In this document: one piece after another, positions 35,719-44,574 of the stretch
Layout of the letters: each line of letters begins with the position of its first letter
Position numbering within the stretch: position 1 is the first letter of the stretch
Origin: Patescibacteria group bacterium
GTDB lineage: Bacteria; Patescibacteriota; Minisyncoccia; Phycocordibacterales; SBAW01
Direction of reading: 5' to 3'
Length of the DNA: 64,000 nucleotides
NCBI GenBank assembly: GCA_019752125.1
Contig: JAIEMM010000002.1
Span: 67,062 to 131,061, forward strand
Position numbers and translations under genes: made by a program
Notes under the pieces: generated by a model
Database searches by the model: none
Seen by the model: only the letters and a program-made list of their open reading frames with translations
Told to the model about the DNA's origin: nothing

Positions 35719-38019
35719 CTACTGCTGGAGTGTACCGTTTTGGATTTGAACGATAAGCGCCTCTATCTGAGATGCGAGCGAAGGCTGGATCTGTTCTGCA
35801 CGCTTGAGCGCTATGATGGCATTTTTCTTATCACCCGCAGTGTAATACGCAGCCGCAAGACCTACCTGGTATTGCAGATTTTGGGGGTCTTTCTTTATTC
35901 GGAGCTGCCACGTAGCGATAACACGGTCGTATTGCTTTGTCTGCACGTACACTTGGAGAAGGCGTGCGTCATCAACAATGACATCGCCAAACCCTTCCTT
36001 AAGAAGCGCATCAGCCTCTGCTTGATTACCTGTTTGTATAAGAGCTGCCGCATACAAACTGCGAGCACTGGTAAAGGCTGGAGCTTCGTCGAATGCTTTT
36101 TTAAGCGTTGACAGTGCATTCTGCTTATCCCCTGCATTTAAGTACGACACCCCAAGCTCAAACATAATTTGCTGTTTATATGGAGAGTCTGCAAGGGCCT
36201 GTGTAAGAATTTTCTGTGCCTCACCATATTGCCCGAACGAGTCCAGGAAGGCACCGGCAAATACTTCCAGGCGAGCATCATGCGAACGCTGCTGCATAAG
36301 CGTTTCTATTGAAGATTTTGCGAGGTTGAACGTATCTTGTTTAACAGATGGGTCAACTGATGTGGAAGCTGCCATGCCGGAAGTGTATTGGAGTAATTGC
36401 TCAACCACTTCCTGATACCCGATTACTGTTCCGGGCCAAGGACCAGGAGCGAGCGCGTCTTTGAAATCCTGTAGTTCCTGAGCTGCGGTCTTCGCCTGCT
36501 GGGTATACCCACCCTTGCCGTCGGACACAAGCACCTGCGGCACAAGGGCTTTGAGCAACCCTTGTGCGCGTGCAATGCCCGGCACGTTTACTGTCCACAC
36601 AACAAGGAGCGTCGCGATAATCACGACAGGCGCAGCAACTGCCACCGCGTTGTCACCAAGCGGTCTTGTCCACGACATCCATCGCGCAGGTGTTTTTTTA
36701 GAATACGAATGTACGAATGCGAGGATCAAGAAGAAGTACACCGAGCTCATAATGTCATCGAACACCGTGAGGTTATTGAAGGCATATGCAGCCAGAAGGC
36801 CGAGCAACACTGCTTGCTCAGGCACTGAAAGTTCTGAGCGCCAGATCATCCATATCGCAAGCATAAAGAGTGACACGTATAAGAGGAACGCCGGGAGGCC
36901 ACCTGCTATCAACCAGTCTAAGAACTGATTGTGGGCGCGGTCGAACCATTGCTCCTGGTTATACATCTCTGGTTGGTAATGTTTGTTGAAGACGAAGTTA
37001 AAGTTTTCTTGTCCCCATCCAAGGGCAATTGTCTTAGGTGATTCTGTAAACCCATGCCATGCCATATTCCAAATCTGAAAACGAGCGATGGTTGTTGGGT
37101 CGTTTAGAGAAATAGACGCGACACGCGAAAGGGTGTCGGAAGAATTTCGAAGAATTGGCGACGTACGCAGCGCGAAGAATGCAATAACGAGCACTGCAAT
37201 AACACCAAGCCCCCAGTACGAAACACGGCGGAGGGTACGCCACTCACTACCACGCCCCTGCCATGCAATATAGATAGCCGCAATGACAAGACCGCCGAAG
37301 AAACCCAAGAACGCACCGCGCGTTTGAGTAAAGTAGAGGCCCATAAATTGAAGTACCAATGCGATGCCATACAGCACCTGTGCCCCTGTTGAATTTCGCT
37401 GCCTCACAAGCATAAAGAGTGTGAGGAAGAGGTTGAAGAGCATGAAGATAGCGAGATACGTTGCATTTCCAAACGTACCATCAGCACGTGGACCGCTCTG
37501 GCTGCTGATTGGGAAAAAGTGTGCTGATTGCAACAATGCGTACACACCCATCAACGCACCGGACGCAATGGAAGCTTGGAACAATCTGTTCCACCAGCCC
37601 TCTGCCGCAACTACCGCACCGACAATAATAAAGTATGCACACAGATGGAGGATGGTGAGGTATCCTTCCATGCGTTCAAAGTTGCTCCAGAAGCTTTTTA
37701 GTGGGTCAACACTTACAATTGTTGCAATACCCATCCACACTACAAACGCGCACACTGCCCACATCAAGCTAGATGCGCGTGGACGATATTTTGGCTCACG
37801 AAGAGCGAGAAGTATGTACGCACCGGCAAGCAACTCAACAATAATGCGGAAAGCGAAGTTCTTTCCCGTGATGAACGGGAAGAACATGTTTGCAAGCGGA
37901 ATATAAAGGTTGTGTCCCGACTGATATCCTGCCCCACCGTCTGCAATAATAAAAGGAACAAAGAAAAGAAGTGCGGACCCAATAAGCAGCGTCCAGCGCA
38001 AAAAGCGTGTATATGACAT
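35719..38019 (-). CDS. O-antigen ligase / O-oligosaccharyltransferase-like (Wzy_C) membrane protein with C-terminal TPR repeats
   Basis: GTFGN, TQTRGA, R..IW, GWG.ENF and DRAHN motifs; more than 10 TMs; TPR-like tail. Start set at ATG 38019 (38028 is an alternative). Confidence 0.88.
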   Translation of the reverse strand: MSYTRFLRWTLLIGSALLFFVPFIIADGGAGYQSGHNLYIPLANMFFPFITGKNFAFRIIVELLAGAYILLALREPKYRPRASSLMWAVCAFVVWMGIATIVSVDPLKSFWSNFERMEGYLTILHLCAYFIIVGAVVAAEGWWNRLFQASIASGALMGVYALLQSAHFFPISSQSGPRADGTFGNATYLAIFMLFNLFLTLFMLVRQRNSTGAQVLYGIALVLQFMGLYFTQTRGAFLGFFGGLVIAAIYIAWQGRGSEWRTLRRVSYWGLGVIAVLVIAFFALRTSPILRNSSDTLSRVASISLNDPTTIARFQIWNMAWHGFTESPKTIALGWGQENFNFVFNKHYQPEMYNQEQWFDRAHNQFLDWLIAGGLPAFLLYVSLFMLAIWMIWRSELSVPEQAVLLGLLAAYAFNNLTVFDDIMSSVYFFLILAFVHSYSKKTPARWMSWTRPLGDNAVAVAAPVVIIATLLVVWTVNVPGIARAQGLLKALVPQVLVSDGKGGYTQQAKTAAQELQDFKDALAPGPWPGTVIGYQEVVEQLLQYTSGMAASTSVDPSVKQDTFNLAKSSIETLMQQRSHDARLEVFAGAFLDSFGQYGEAQKILTQALADSPYKQQIMFELGVSYLNAGDKQNALSTLKKAFDEAPAFTSARSLYAAALIQTGNQAEADALLKEGFGDVIVDDARLLQVYVQTKQYDRVIATWQLRIKKDPQNLQYQVGLAAAYYTAGDKKNAIIALKRAEQIQPSLASQIEALIVQIQNGTLQQ

Positions 38020-38081
38020 AGCTCGCATTGTAGCAGATAGGTGTCTTTTGGGGCAAAAGACCCGTTATACTAGCCGTACAA

Positions 38082-39338
38082 ATGATCCATTGGACTAAGC
38101 AACAGTTATACGACCTTCTGCGGTGGTCTGAGCGTTACACCAAGGTAAACATGGTGCATTTTGTAGGTGGCAACGTGTGGATGAATTTGGGCAGAGTGTT
38201 TTCCATTGGGACAGGTCTCGTACTGACAGCCGCGTTTGCCAACCTCCTCGACCCCGAACTATTTGGTGTATATAAATATGTGCTCGCGGCCGCAAGTCTG
38301 GTTGGTGCGTTTACACTCAACAACATGAGCGGCGCACTGATGCGCGCCGTTGCACAAGGCAAACAGCACGTAGTGCCTGGTGTTGTGCGCACCATGATGC
38401 TCTGGAGTGTGCCGGCAAGCATCGTAAGTGCCGGGATTGGCGGATACTATCTCTTCCACGACAACACGACGCTTGGCTACGGATTTCTTTTTATAGCTGT
38501 GTTCAACGTCATTTCCAATGGGTATGGCTTAGCAAAGTCTATTATTATCGCGAAGGGCGATTTTAAAAATTCTTTTTTCTTGGGCCTTCCACGCACCATT
38601 TTCCCAATTATAGTAATTGTCGCTGCACTGTTTTTTACACACAGTGTTATCTGGATTCTTGCTGCATACTTTTTCTCAAACGCGTTTGCAAGTTGGATAC
38701 AATACCTATGGACTCTAAAGAGGTATGGTATACGAGGTTCAGAGCACGATGTTGAAGAAACTGTACGTTTTGGAAAACATTTGAGTATTCTGGGGTTTTT
38801 TGTGCTCGTAAGCGGGCAGATAGATCAACTTTTGTTGTTTCATTTTTCCGGAGGCACCCAATTGGCGATATATGCTCTTGCCCTTGCGCCTGTTCTTGAA
38901 ACACGCAATTTACTTGATAACTTTCTTTCCATACTGTTCCCGCGGCTAGCCGCAAAAGACAAGGAGGAAGCGCGACGTGGGCTAGGACTGAGACTGCGCC
39001 AGCTCACCGTAGCGGCCATTCTACTCACAGCACTCTATATTGTATGCATACCATTTCTATTTACATTCTTGTTTCCAAAATACATGCCTGCCATTCTCGT
39101 CAGCCAAGTACTTGCACTAGGAATTTTATTCCAACCACGAGGCGTAATAGACACCTATATTATTGCCCACGGAGAAGTGAAGCGACGGTATGTTGCTATT
39201 CTTTCAAGCCAAGCTGTTGAATTTATACTTTTCTGCACCCTCATTCCCCTCTTTGGGCTCTGGGGCGCAGTGTGGGCAACCGTGCTTTCTGAAGCTGGAG
39301 CGGCACTCGCACTCTATATCATCTACAAAACGCTTTAA
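38082..39338 (+). CDS. Wzx-like oligosaccharide flippase
   Basis: About 12 TMs; L.PE.FG.Y, D.LLL, IY.LA and LIP.FGLWGA.WAT..SE motifs. Confidence 0.85.
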   Translation: MIHWTKQQLYDLLRWSERYTKVNMVHFVGGNVWMNLGRVFSIGTGLVLTAAFANLLDPELFGVYKYVLAAASLVGAFTLNNMSGALMRAVAQGKQHVVPGVVRTMMLWSVPASIVSAGIGGYYLFHDNTTLGYGFLFIAVFNVISNGYGLAKSIIIAKGDFKNSFFLGLPRTIFPIIVIVAALFFTHSVIWILAAYFFSNAFASWIQYLWTLKRYGIRGSEHDVEETVRFGKHLSILGFFVLVSGQIDQLLLFHFSGGTQLAIYALALAPVLETRNLLDNFLSILFPRLAAKDKEEARRGLGLRLRQLTVAAILLTALYIVCIPFLFTFLFPKYMPAILVSQVLALGILFQPRGVIDTYIIAHGEVKRRYVAILSSQAVEFILFCTLIPLFGLWGAVWATVLSEAGAALALYIIYKTL

Positions 39339-39745
39339 GCGCTAGGCTGATTTTTGTACTCCTCGTGCAAAGGAGTCTCAAGGCGAAATGTATCTTTTTC
39401 AAAATCTTCGCCACCACGCAGACCGTCTACAAAGGTTATAAAAACAGAATCCTCGAGCGCAACAAATTCGTGCGCTTCTCCAGGCTCCCACACCGCTAGG
39501 TCATTTTTGTTCAAGATATATTTCTCAACCCTTCCTCCCTCTCCGTTCATGTCCTTGCCGTATGCCTCAAAGCTACCCGAGACAATAAAGTCGTGCTGGC
39601 GAGACACTTTGTGGAAGTGGTTGCCGCGGACACTACCTTTTGTAGTGAAGATAATAGTGCAGTGTTGTTTTGGTTCATTAACAAAAATGTCGGTGATGGT
39701 GCCGCGAGCGTCTTCAAAATTGATTGGTTTATGTTGGAGTTTCAT
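39335..39745 (-). CDS. Cupin-fold NDP-sugar isomerase/epimerase-like protein (FdtA/WxcM-like)
   Basis: D.RG and RGNHFH motifs with a downstream His; glycan-locus context. Confidence 0.7.
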   Translation of the reverse strand: MKLQHKPINFEDARGTITDIFVNEPKQHCTIIFTTKGSVRGNHFHKVSRQHDFIVSGSFEAYGKDMNGEGGRVEKYILNKNDLAVWEPGEAHEFVALEDSVFITFVDGLRGGEDFEKDTFRLETPLHEEYKNQPSA

Positions 39746-39755
39746 ACGTACATTT

Positions 39756-40979
39756 TTACATGTGCGGAACGATAAACGCAATCTTCGGATATTTAGGTCC
39801 GAGTTTCTCTTTAAGGAATGGTGCGATGTTCCACGGCAAAATAAGCGCGTGTGTGACGGCGTCGGTAATAGCGTCGTCGGACACTATTGGTATGTGTGAG
39901 CCGGGTGTGTACTTACCTATTTTAAGAGACGATGTATCAGTAATAAATTCAAGTAGGCTTGTGTCGATTCCGCAGTAATGTAGTAGGGTGTTGCCCTTGG
40001 TTGCAGCGCCAATACCGATGACTGTTCCGCCACTGTGTTTTGCCGCAGTGAGTTCTGCCATCAAATTCAACTTAAATTGTTGGATGTTTTGCATCATGCG
40101 CTGGTACGTTCCAGCAACAAAGAGGCCGGCAGCTTCTTCTCTTGCGATATATGTTTTAACAAGCGGCGTCTCCTCTCCCCCTTTTTTAACAGTGATACGG
40201 ATGGAGCCACCCATATACTCGTTCTCCTGAATATCTGTAATGGTCATGCCGAGGTTTTTAAAGAAGCGCGCAAGCGGCTTGATTGCAAAGTACGACATGT
40301 GTTCGAGATAGATTGTGTCAAAGGCAAGCTTCTGGACGAGATGTAGCATATATGGAACTTCAGCAACAAATGCTCCTGCCTGCGCAGGCAGGCCACCTGA
40401 CACAAGCGCGCGTTCAACGTCCTGCATAAACGCGCTCATGTCGCCAATATGATTGAAGGCGTTCGTTGCAGTAATGATTTTTGCTCCGCCTTGTTTTACT
40501 ACTTCATCTACTGCCACCTTGCTCCAAAAATCATTAATGGTAGGTACGCCATTTTGTGTCGCGAGTGCTGCAATATTATGAGACGGCTCAACGCCAAGAA
40601 TTTTTGAACCCGATTGTGCACGAAACGCAGCAAGCAATGTTCCTACTGAGCTGCCGATATCTACAACCAAATCTTCTGCTCCAACTCCTTCTCGTGCAAT
40701 GACATCAGCTGCCATATCCTCGAAGTGCTGCACGGAAACTTCTGAGTTCTGTGAATCGTAACTGTAATCGTGCGCCTGGTAACGTTTCTGCGGTGGAACA
40801 ATAAAACCAGTCATCGTGTGTCCGCAGTCGCCACACAAAAGAACCTGGAGTGGGTACTTTTCCTCGGGCTCAGACAATTCCTCCTTTTTTAAAAATGTAT
40901 CGGCAAGCGGATGCAGCCCCAAATCAAGAATGAGTTTCAAATCGGCGGAGCCACACAGAAGACAAGTCGTGACAGGCAT
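39756..40979 (-). CDS. NDP-hexose C-methyltransferase family protein
   Basis: Zn-site CLLC...CGDC, DIGS..G, FDTIY.EH..YF, GGSIR, GAATKGNTLL and PWN motifs. Confidence 0.88.
   Translation of the reverse strand: MPVTTCLLCGSADLKLILDLGLHPLADTFLKKEELSEPEEKYPLQVLLCGDCGHTMTGFIVPPQKRYQAHDYSYDSQNSEVSVQHFEDMAADVIAREGVGAEDLVVDIGSSVGTLLAAFRAQSGSKILGVEPSHNIAALATQNGVPTINDFWSKVAVDEVVKQGGAKIITATNAFNHIGDMSAFMQDVERALVSGGLPAQAGAFVAEVPYMLHLVQKLAFDTIYLEHMSYFAIKPLARFFKNLGMTITDIQENEYMGGSIRITVKKGGEETPLVKTYIAREEAAGLFVAGTYQRMMQNIQQFKLNLMAELTAAKHSGGTVIGIGAATKGNTLLHYCGIDTSLLEFITDTSSLKIGKYTPGSHIPIVSDDAITDAVTHALILPWNIAPFLKEKLGPKYPKIAFIVPHM
40375..40392. repeat. Perfect 18-bp palindrome in frame inside the C-methyltransferase
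   Basis: CCTGCCTGCGCAGGCAGG is its own reverse complement and adds LPAQAG. Confidence 0.8.
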
Positions 40980-41086
40980 GAGTGCATACATTCTAACAGA
41001 AAGTGTTTTAAACACGTTTTTATTGACTTTCCTCATGATTATTGTATTCTTTCTCGGCCAACCAAAACAGCCTAAGGGAGGCTACG

Positions 41087-41998
41087 TTGCAGCAGTTCTT
41101 CGATATCATCCAAGAGGGTCGTTTCGATCCCAGAAAGATCAAGGTCGGCTGGGGCGCACCCGGCATGTCCCTCAAGCGGACGCCGGAGTCCGAAGCCTAT
41201 CTCGCCCACAAGTGGGAGGAACATCTGGCCAAGGGCAACACGCCCTGGCCGGACGATCTGAAGCCTAAGCGGGTCCGGCTGGCAAGCTTCCAACCGACCC
41301 AGGACGGTGCTGAAATCGTCCTCGATCCGTGCATCCGCTACTACGACTCGCTGGGTTCGAACTCGCCTGAGTTCGAAAAGCTGTTCGGCCACGAGTGTGT
41401 CCCCAACGCGCTGGCGGTATCGGTCTTCGTCGAGACGTATGACGGGCAGATGCTCGTCAGTGTCCGCAACAGCAAGACGGACTACAAGCCGCACGGCTAC
41501 CATCTCTCCAACGGCGGGTACTTCGAGTTCTGGAACGCGAAGGACCCCAAAAAGGCCGACAAGGACCCGACATCTGCGGCTCGGCGTGAGCTCAAGGAAG
41601 AAACCGGTCTCGACGATTCCCACGTGGTTTTGTTGGACTGCATCGGGGCGGCCTATGACCGGTGGGCGCTCCACACGGACATCATCTACCACGCTGTGAC
41701 CAACCTGACGGCGAAGCAGGCCCTCGCTCTCCCGCACGATGACGAGAACGACATGCGTGCGGTGCCGAGCGACAAGGAACACTTCGAGCTGTTCCTCGGT
41801 GGGTTCATGCATGCAAACGTCGTCATCCCGATGGCAACGTTGCTCATCATCGGCACCGAACGGTACGGCCTCCAGTGGAGGGAGGAAATGCTCAACGTCC
41901 TGGCCGACGGCAGCCAGTGCTACGATGATCCGGCCGAGCGCCTCCTCCGCGAAGCGGAAGACACCGCCCAGTTCCAGAAGTACATCCAGAGCCTGTAG
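41087..41998 (+). CDS. Large Nudix-fold hydrolase (NUDT22-like architecture), GC-rich
   Basis: GG..E....(insert)..AARRELKEETGL Nudix box; TTG start 5 nt after AAGGGAGG; codon usage distinct from the flanks. Confidence 0.75.
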   Translation: MQQFFDIIQEGRFDPRKIKVGWGAPGMSLKRTPESEAYLAHKWEEHLAKGNTPWPDDLKPKRVRLASFQPTQDGAEIVLDPCIRYYDSLGSNSPEFEKLFGHECVPNALAVSVFVETYDGQMLVSVRNSKTDYKPHGYHLSNGGYFEFWNAKDPKKADKDPTSAARRELKEETGLDDSHVVLLDCIGAAYDRWALHTDIIYHAVTNLTAKQALALPHDDENDMRAVPSDKEHFELFLGGFMHANVVIPMATLLIIGTERYGLQWREEMLNVLADGSQCYDDPAERLLREAEDTAQFQKYIQSL

Positions 41999-42018
41999 CC
42001 ACAGGCCCTCACACACTC

Positions 42019-42053
42019 AAGCCCTACCGGCAACGGCAGGGCTTTTTCTTTTT
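42019..42053 (+). terminator. Intrinsic terminator after the Nudix gene
   Basis: AAGCCCTACCG-GCAA-CGGCAGGGCTT followed by TTTCTTTTT. Confidence 0.85.
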
Positions 42054-42070
42054 GTAGTAAGCTACTCAGT

Positions 42071-42712
42071 ATGAAAACAGTATTGCTTACGGGAGCTGGT
42101 GGCGGCATTGGTAGCGCGATCGCATCATCCATGACTGGTGATGGGTATGAAGTGGTGACTATAGATCGAAACGATGCAGATCTTTCTTCCTACGAAGACA
42201 TTCAGAAACTTGCAGAAAAATTCTCTGCGGAGGGAAAAACGTTTGACTGGGTTGTCTGCGCGCATGGGTTTATAGACGGCGTGACGGAACCTGAGCAACA
42301 AGACCCTGAAATGATAGTTAAAAATTTCGAGGTAAATACATTCTCTCTTTTTTATATTTCGAAATTGTTTCTTCCTCTACTTACAGAGGACGGCGGAATG
42401 ATTTTTATTTCTTCGACCTCAGGTATACAAGCAAATGGGCGCTTTCTTGCATACTCAGCATCAAAGGCTGCAGTTAATTCCCTAGCCCAAGGATTGGCAC
42501 GTAATAAACCCGAACATCAATTTTTTAGCCTATGTCCTGGCCCAACAAATACATCTATGCGAGAACGCATTGCAGGTGATGCCACAAAAATGCAAAGTCC
42601 TGACGTAATTGCAAAAACTGTACTTGATCTTATAAACCAAAATGGCGATTTCAAGAGTGGAGATATTATCTCCGTCCGTGACGAACAAGTCGCTATTGTT
42701 TCAAAAATATAG
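42071..42712 (+). CDS. Short-chain dehydrogenase/reductase (classical SDR)
   Basis: TGAGGGIG and YSASK motifs. Confidence 0.9.
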   Translation: MKTVLLTGAGGGIGSAIASSMTGDGYEVVTIDRNDADLSSYEDIQKLAEKFSAEGKTFDWVVCAHGFIDGVTEPEQQDPEMIVKNFEVNTFSLFYISKLFLPLLTEDGGMIFISSTSGIQANGRFLAYSASKAAVNSLAQGLARNKPEHQFFSLCPGPTNTSMRERIAGDATKMQSPDVIAKTVLDLINQNGDFKSGDIISVRDEQVAIVSKI

Positions 42713-42714
42713 TC

Positions 42715-43707
42715 TTACTTCTCAGCCGGCTTTGGATTTGCAAGGTACCAGTCGATGGTTCGGCGCAAACCTTCTTCAAGATTTACTTTTGCTTCCCAGC
42801 CCGTATCTGTTTTTATCTTTTCAACCGATGGTAGGCGGCGTTTAACACTACCCTCTGGAGAGTTCTTTTGGACAGTTTCTGTTGGATGCCACTGCATGAG
42901 CTCAAACATCTTTTCAACCAGATCTCCGATCTTCGTCTCAACATTTGTGCCAATGTGATACGTGCCGTTGTCAGTTTTCTTTGACTCCATGACTGTTTGG
43001 ATTGCCTCAACGGCATCGTCTATGTAGCAGAACGAGCGCGTGTCGTCTGCGCCAAAGATAGTAAATGGTTCTTCTTTAGCACTGATGCGAGCGACAAGCT
43101 CTGGGACTACATGGTCGTAGCCTGCGCGTGGCCCGTAGAAATTGTGTGGGCGCACGATAGCCATTCTAAGGTTGTAGGCCTTTGCGTAGTGAATAAAAAA
43201 CAACTCACCAATGAGCTTTTGCCCGCCGTATGACCAGCGCGAGTTGTACGTGTCAGAAATAATAAGCGGCGCAGTTTCAGGTGTTGGAATCTCAATTATG
43301 CCAAGATCAAAACCGCTCGCGTATGCTTCGTTTGAAGACGTGTAGAGAATTTTTGCATCAGGTTTTCCGTTCTTACTACGAAACCATTCGAGCGCATTCA
43401 TCGTTGTTGAGAGGCCAATGCGAAGCACTTCGTGCGGAATAGAGTAGAAAAGTTTTGTTCCGTTGATGCCAACCAAGTGATACACCTCATCGTAGCCAGT
43501 ACCAAGAGCGTCCCACGCCTCGGGCTTGGTCAAATCCCCCTCTATTAGTTTTACATTCGGAAGCTGGAGTAGTGCTTCAAAATCTGGGTTGCGTTTGCCA
43601 CGGAAAAAATTGTCTGCAAGCGTAAGTTCAACCCCCTGGCTAGCGAGGCGTTTAGAAAGATGGTAGCCGATGAATCCCGCTCCACCAGTGATAAGAACCT
43701 TTTTCAT
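42715..43707 (-). CDS. NAD-dependent NDP-sugar epimerase/dehydratase (extended SDR)
   Basis: TGGAGFIG, YGGQK, NFYGPR and RSFCYIDD motifs. Confidence 0.9.
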   Translation of the reverse strand: MKKVLITGGAGFIGYHLSKRLASQGVELTLADNFFRGKRNPDFEALLQLPNVKLIEGDLTKPEAWDALGTGYDEVYHLVGINGTKLFYSIPHEVLRIGLSTTMNALEWFRSKNGKPDAKILYTSSNEAYASGFDLGIIEIPTPETAPLIISDTYNSRWSYGGQKLIGELFFIHYAKAYNLRMAIVRPHNFYGPRAGYDHVVPELVARISAKEEPFTIFGADDTRSFCYIDDAVEAIQTVMESKKTDNGTYHIGTNVETKIGDLVEKMFELMQWHPTETVQKNSPEGSVKRRLPSVEKIKTDTGWEAKVNLEEGLRRTIDWYLANPKPAEK

Positions 43708-43714
43708 TCAGCGA

Positions 43715-44506
43715 TTATAGCACCGTTGTCTTATACTTCTTGTTTATCTCGACAATGCCGTCAAAGATAGAAAGGTCGCCCGTGTTACCAAGAAGTTTCT
43801 TGGCATAGTGCGCAAGCGCAGAAGTGTCTTTAGGAAGGCATGCACCGCCGAAACCACGGAACTGTTCATTTGCATCAAGATATACATCACCAACATTGCG
43901 GTGTTTAACAATGGCATTTTTTACTTTGTTGTAGTCAGCTCCTGCAGCTTTGCAGAGGTCATAGAACTGGTTCGCATACACAATACGAAGCGCGTTGAAT
44001 ACATTCAAGAAATATTTTGCAAACTCAGCCTCAGTTGGGGTAACTACCGCATACGCTTTTGGCAATGGATCATGCACTTCTCTCAACAACTCAGCGTCAC
44101 GGGTATTGTAGACACCCATAATGCAGACATCGTGATTTTCTACGAAGTCGACATACATTGCGCGTTCACGGAGAAACTCTGGACAGAATGAGAGACGAAG
44201 ATTTGGATATTGTTTTGAGAGGCGGTCAGTGGTACCTGGCTCTACAGTAGATTTGATAGTGATGAGACCACGGAATTTTTCTGCAGCAAGATCTGCAACC
44301 ACCTTCTCTACAATGGATGTGTCGCAAGAACCGTCTGCCGACTGAGGGGTTGGAACGGAGACAAAGACGACTTCAGAGAAGAGGACGTCTTTGATAGACG
44401 TCTCAGGCATTTTAACGTCGTACACCGACACCTCATGTCCAATACGAGTAAGGCCGTGTTGAACGGCTGCACCAACTTTTCCGACTCCGATAATTCCGAC
44501 TCGCAT
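43715..44506 (-). CDS. UDP-glucose/GDP-mannose dehydrogenase family protein (short form)
   Basis: GVGKVG, VPTP, KSTV.PGT, PEFLRE and GFGGACLPKD motifs; only 263 aa. Confidence 0.88.
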   Translation of the reverse strand: MRVGIIGVGKVGAAVQHGLTRIGHEVSVYDVKMPETSIKDVLFSEVVFVSVPTPQSADGSCDTSIVEKVVADLAAEKFRGLITIKSTVEPGTTDRLSKQYPNLRLSFCPEFLRERAMYVDFVENHDVCIMGVYNTRDAELLREVHDPLPKAYAVVTPTEAEFAKYFLNVFNALRIVYANQFYDLCKAAGADYNKVKNAIVKHRNVGDVYLDANEQFRGFGGACLPKDTSALAHYAKKLLGNTGDLSIFDGIVEINKKYKTTVL

Positions 44507-44574
44507 AAAAACGTACCTTATCATAGCCACCGTTGGCCAACAACACAACTTGACTAAGAGGCAAGAAATATTGC

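Noticed and set aside
41072-42016. 314-aa antisense ORF opposite the Nudix gene
   Set aside because: Typical mirror ORF of a high-GC3 gene; the promoter, SD, Nudix box and terminator all support the + strand.
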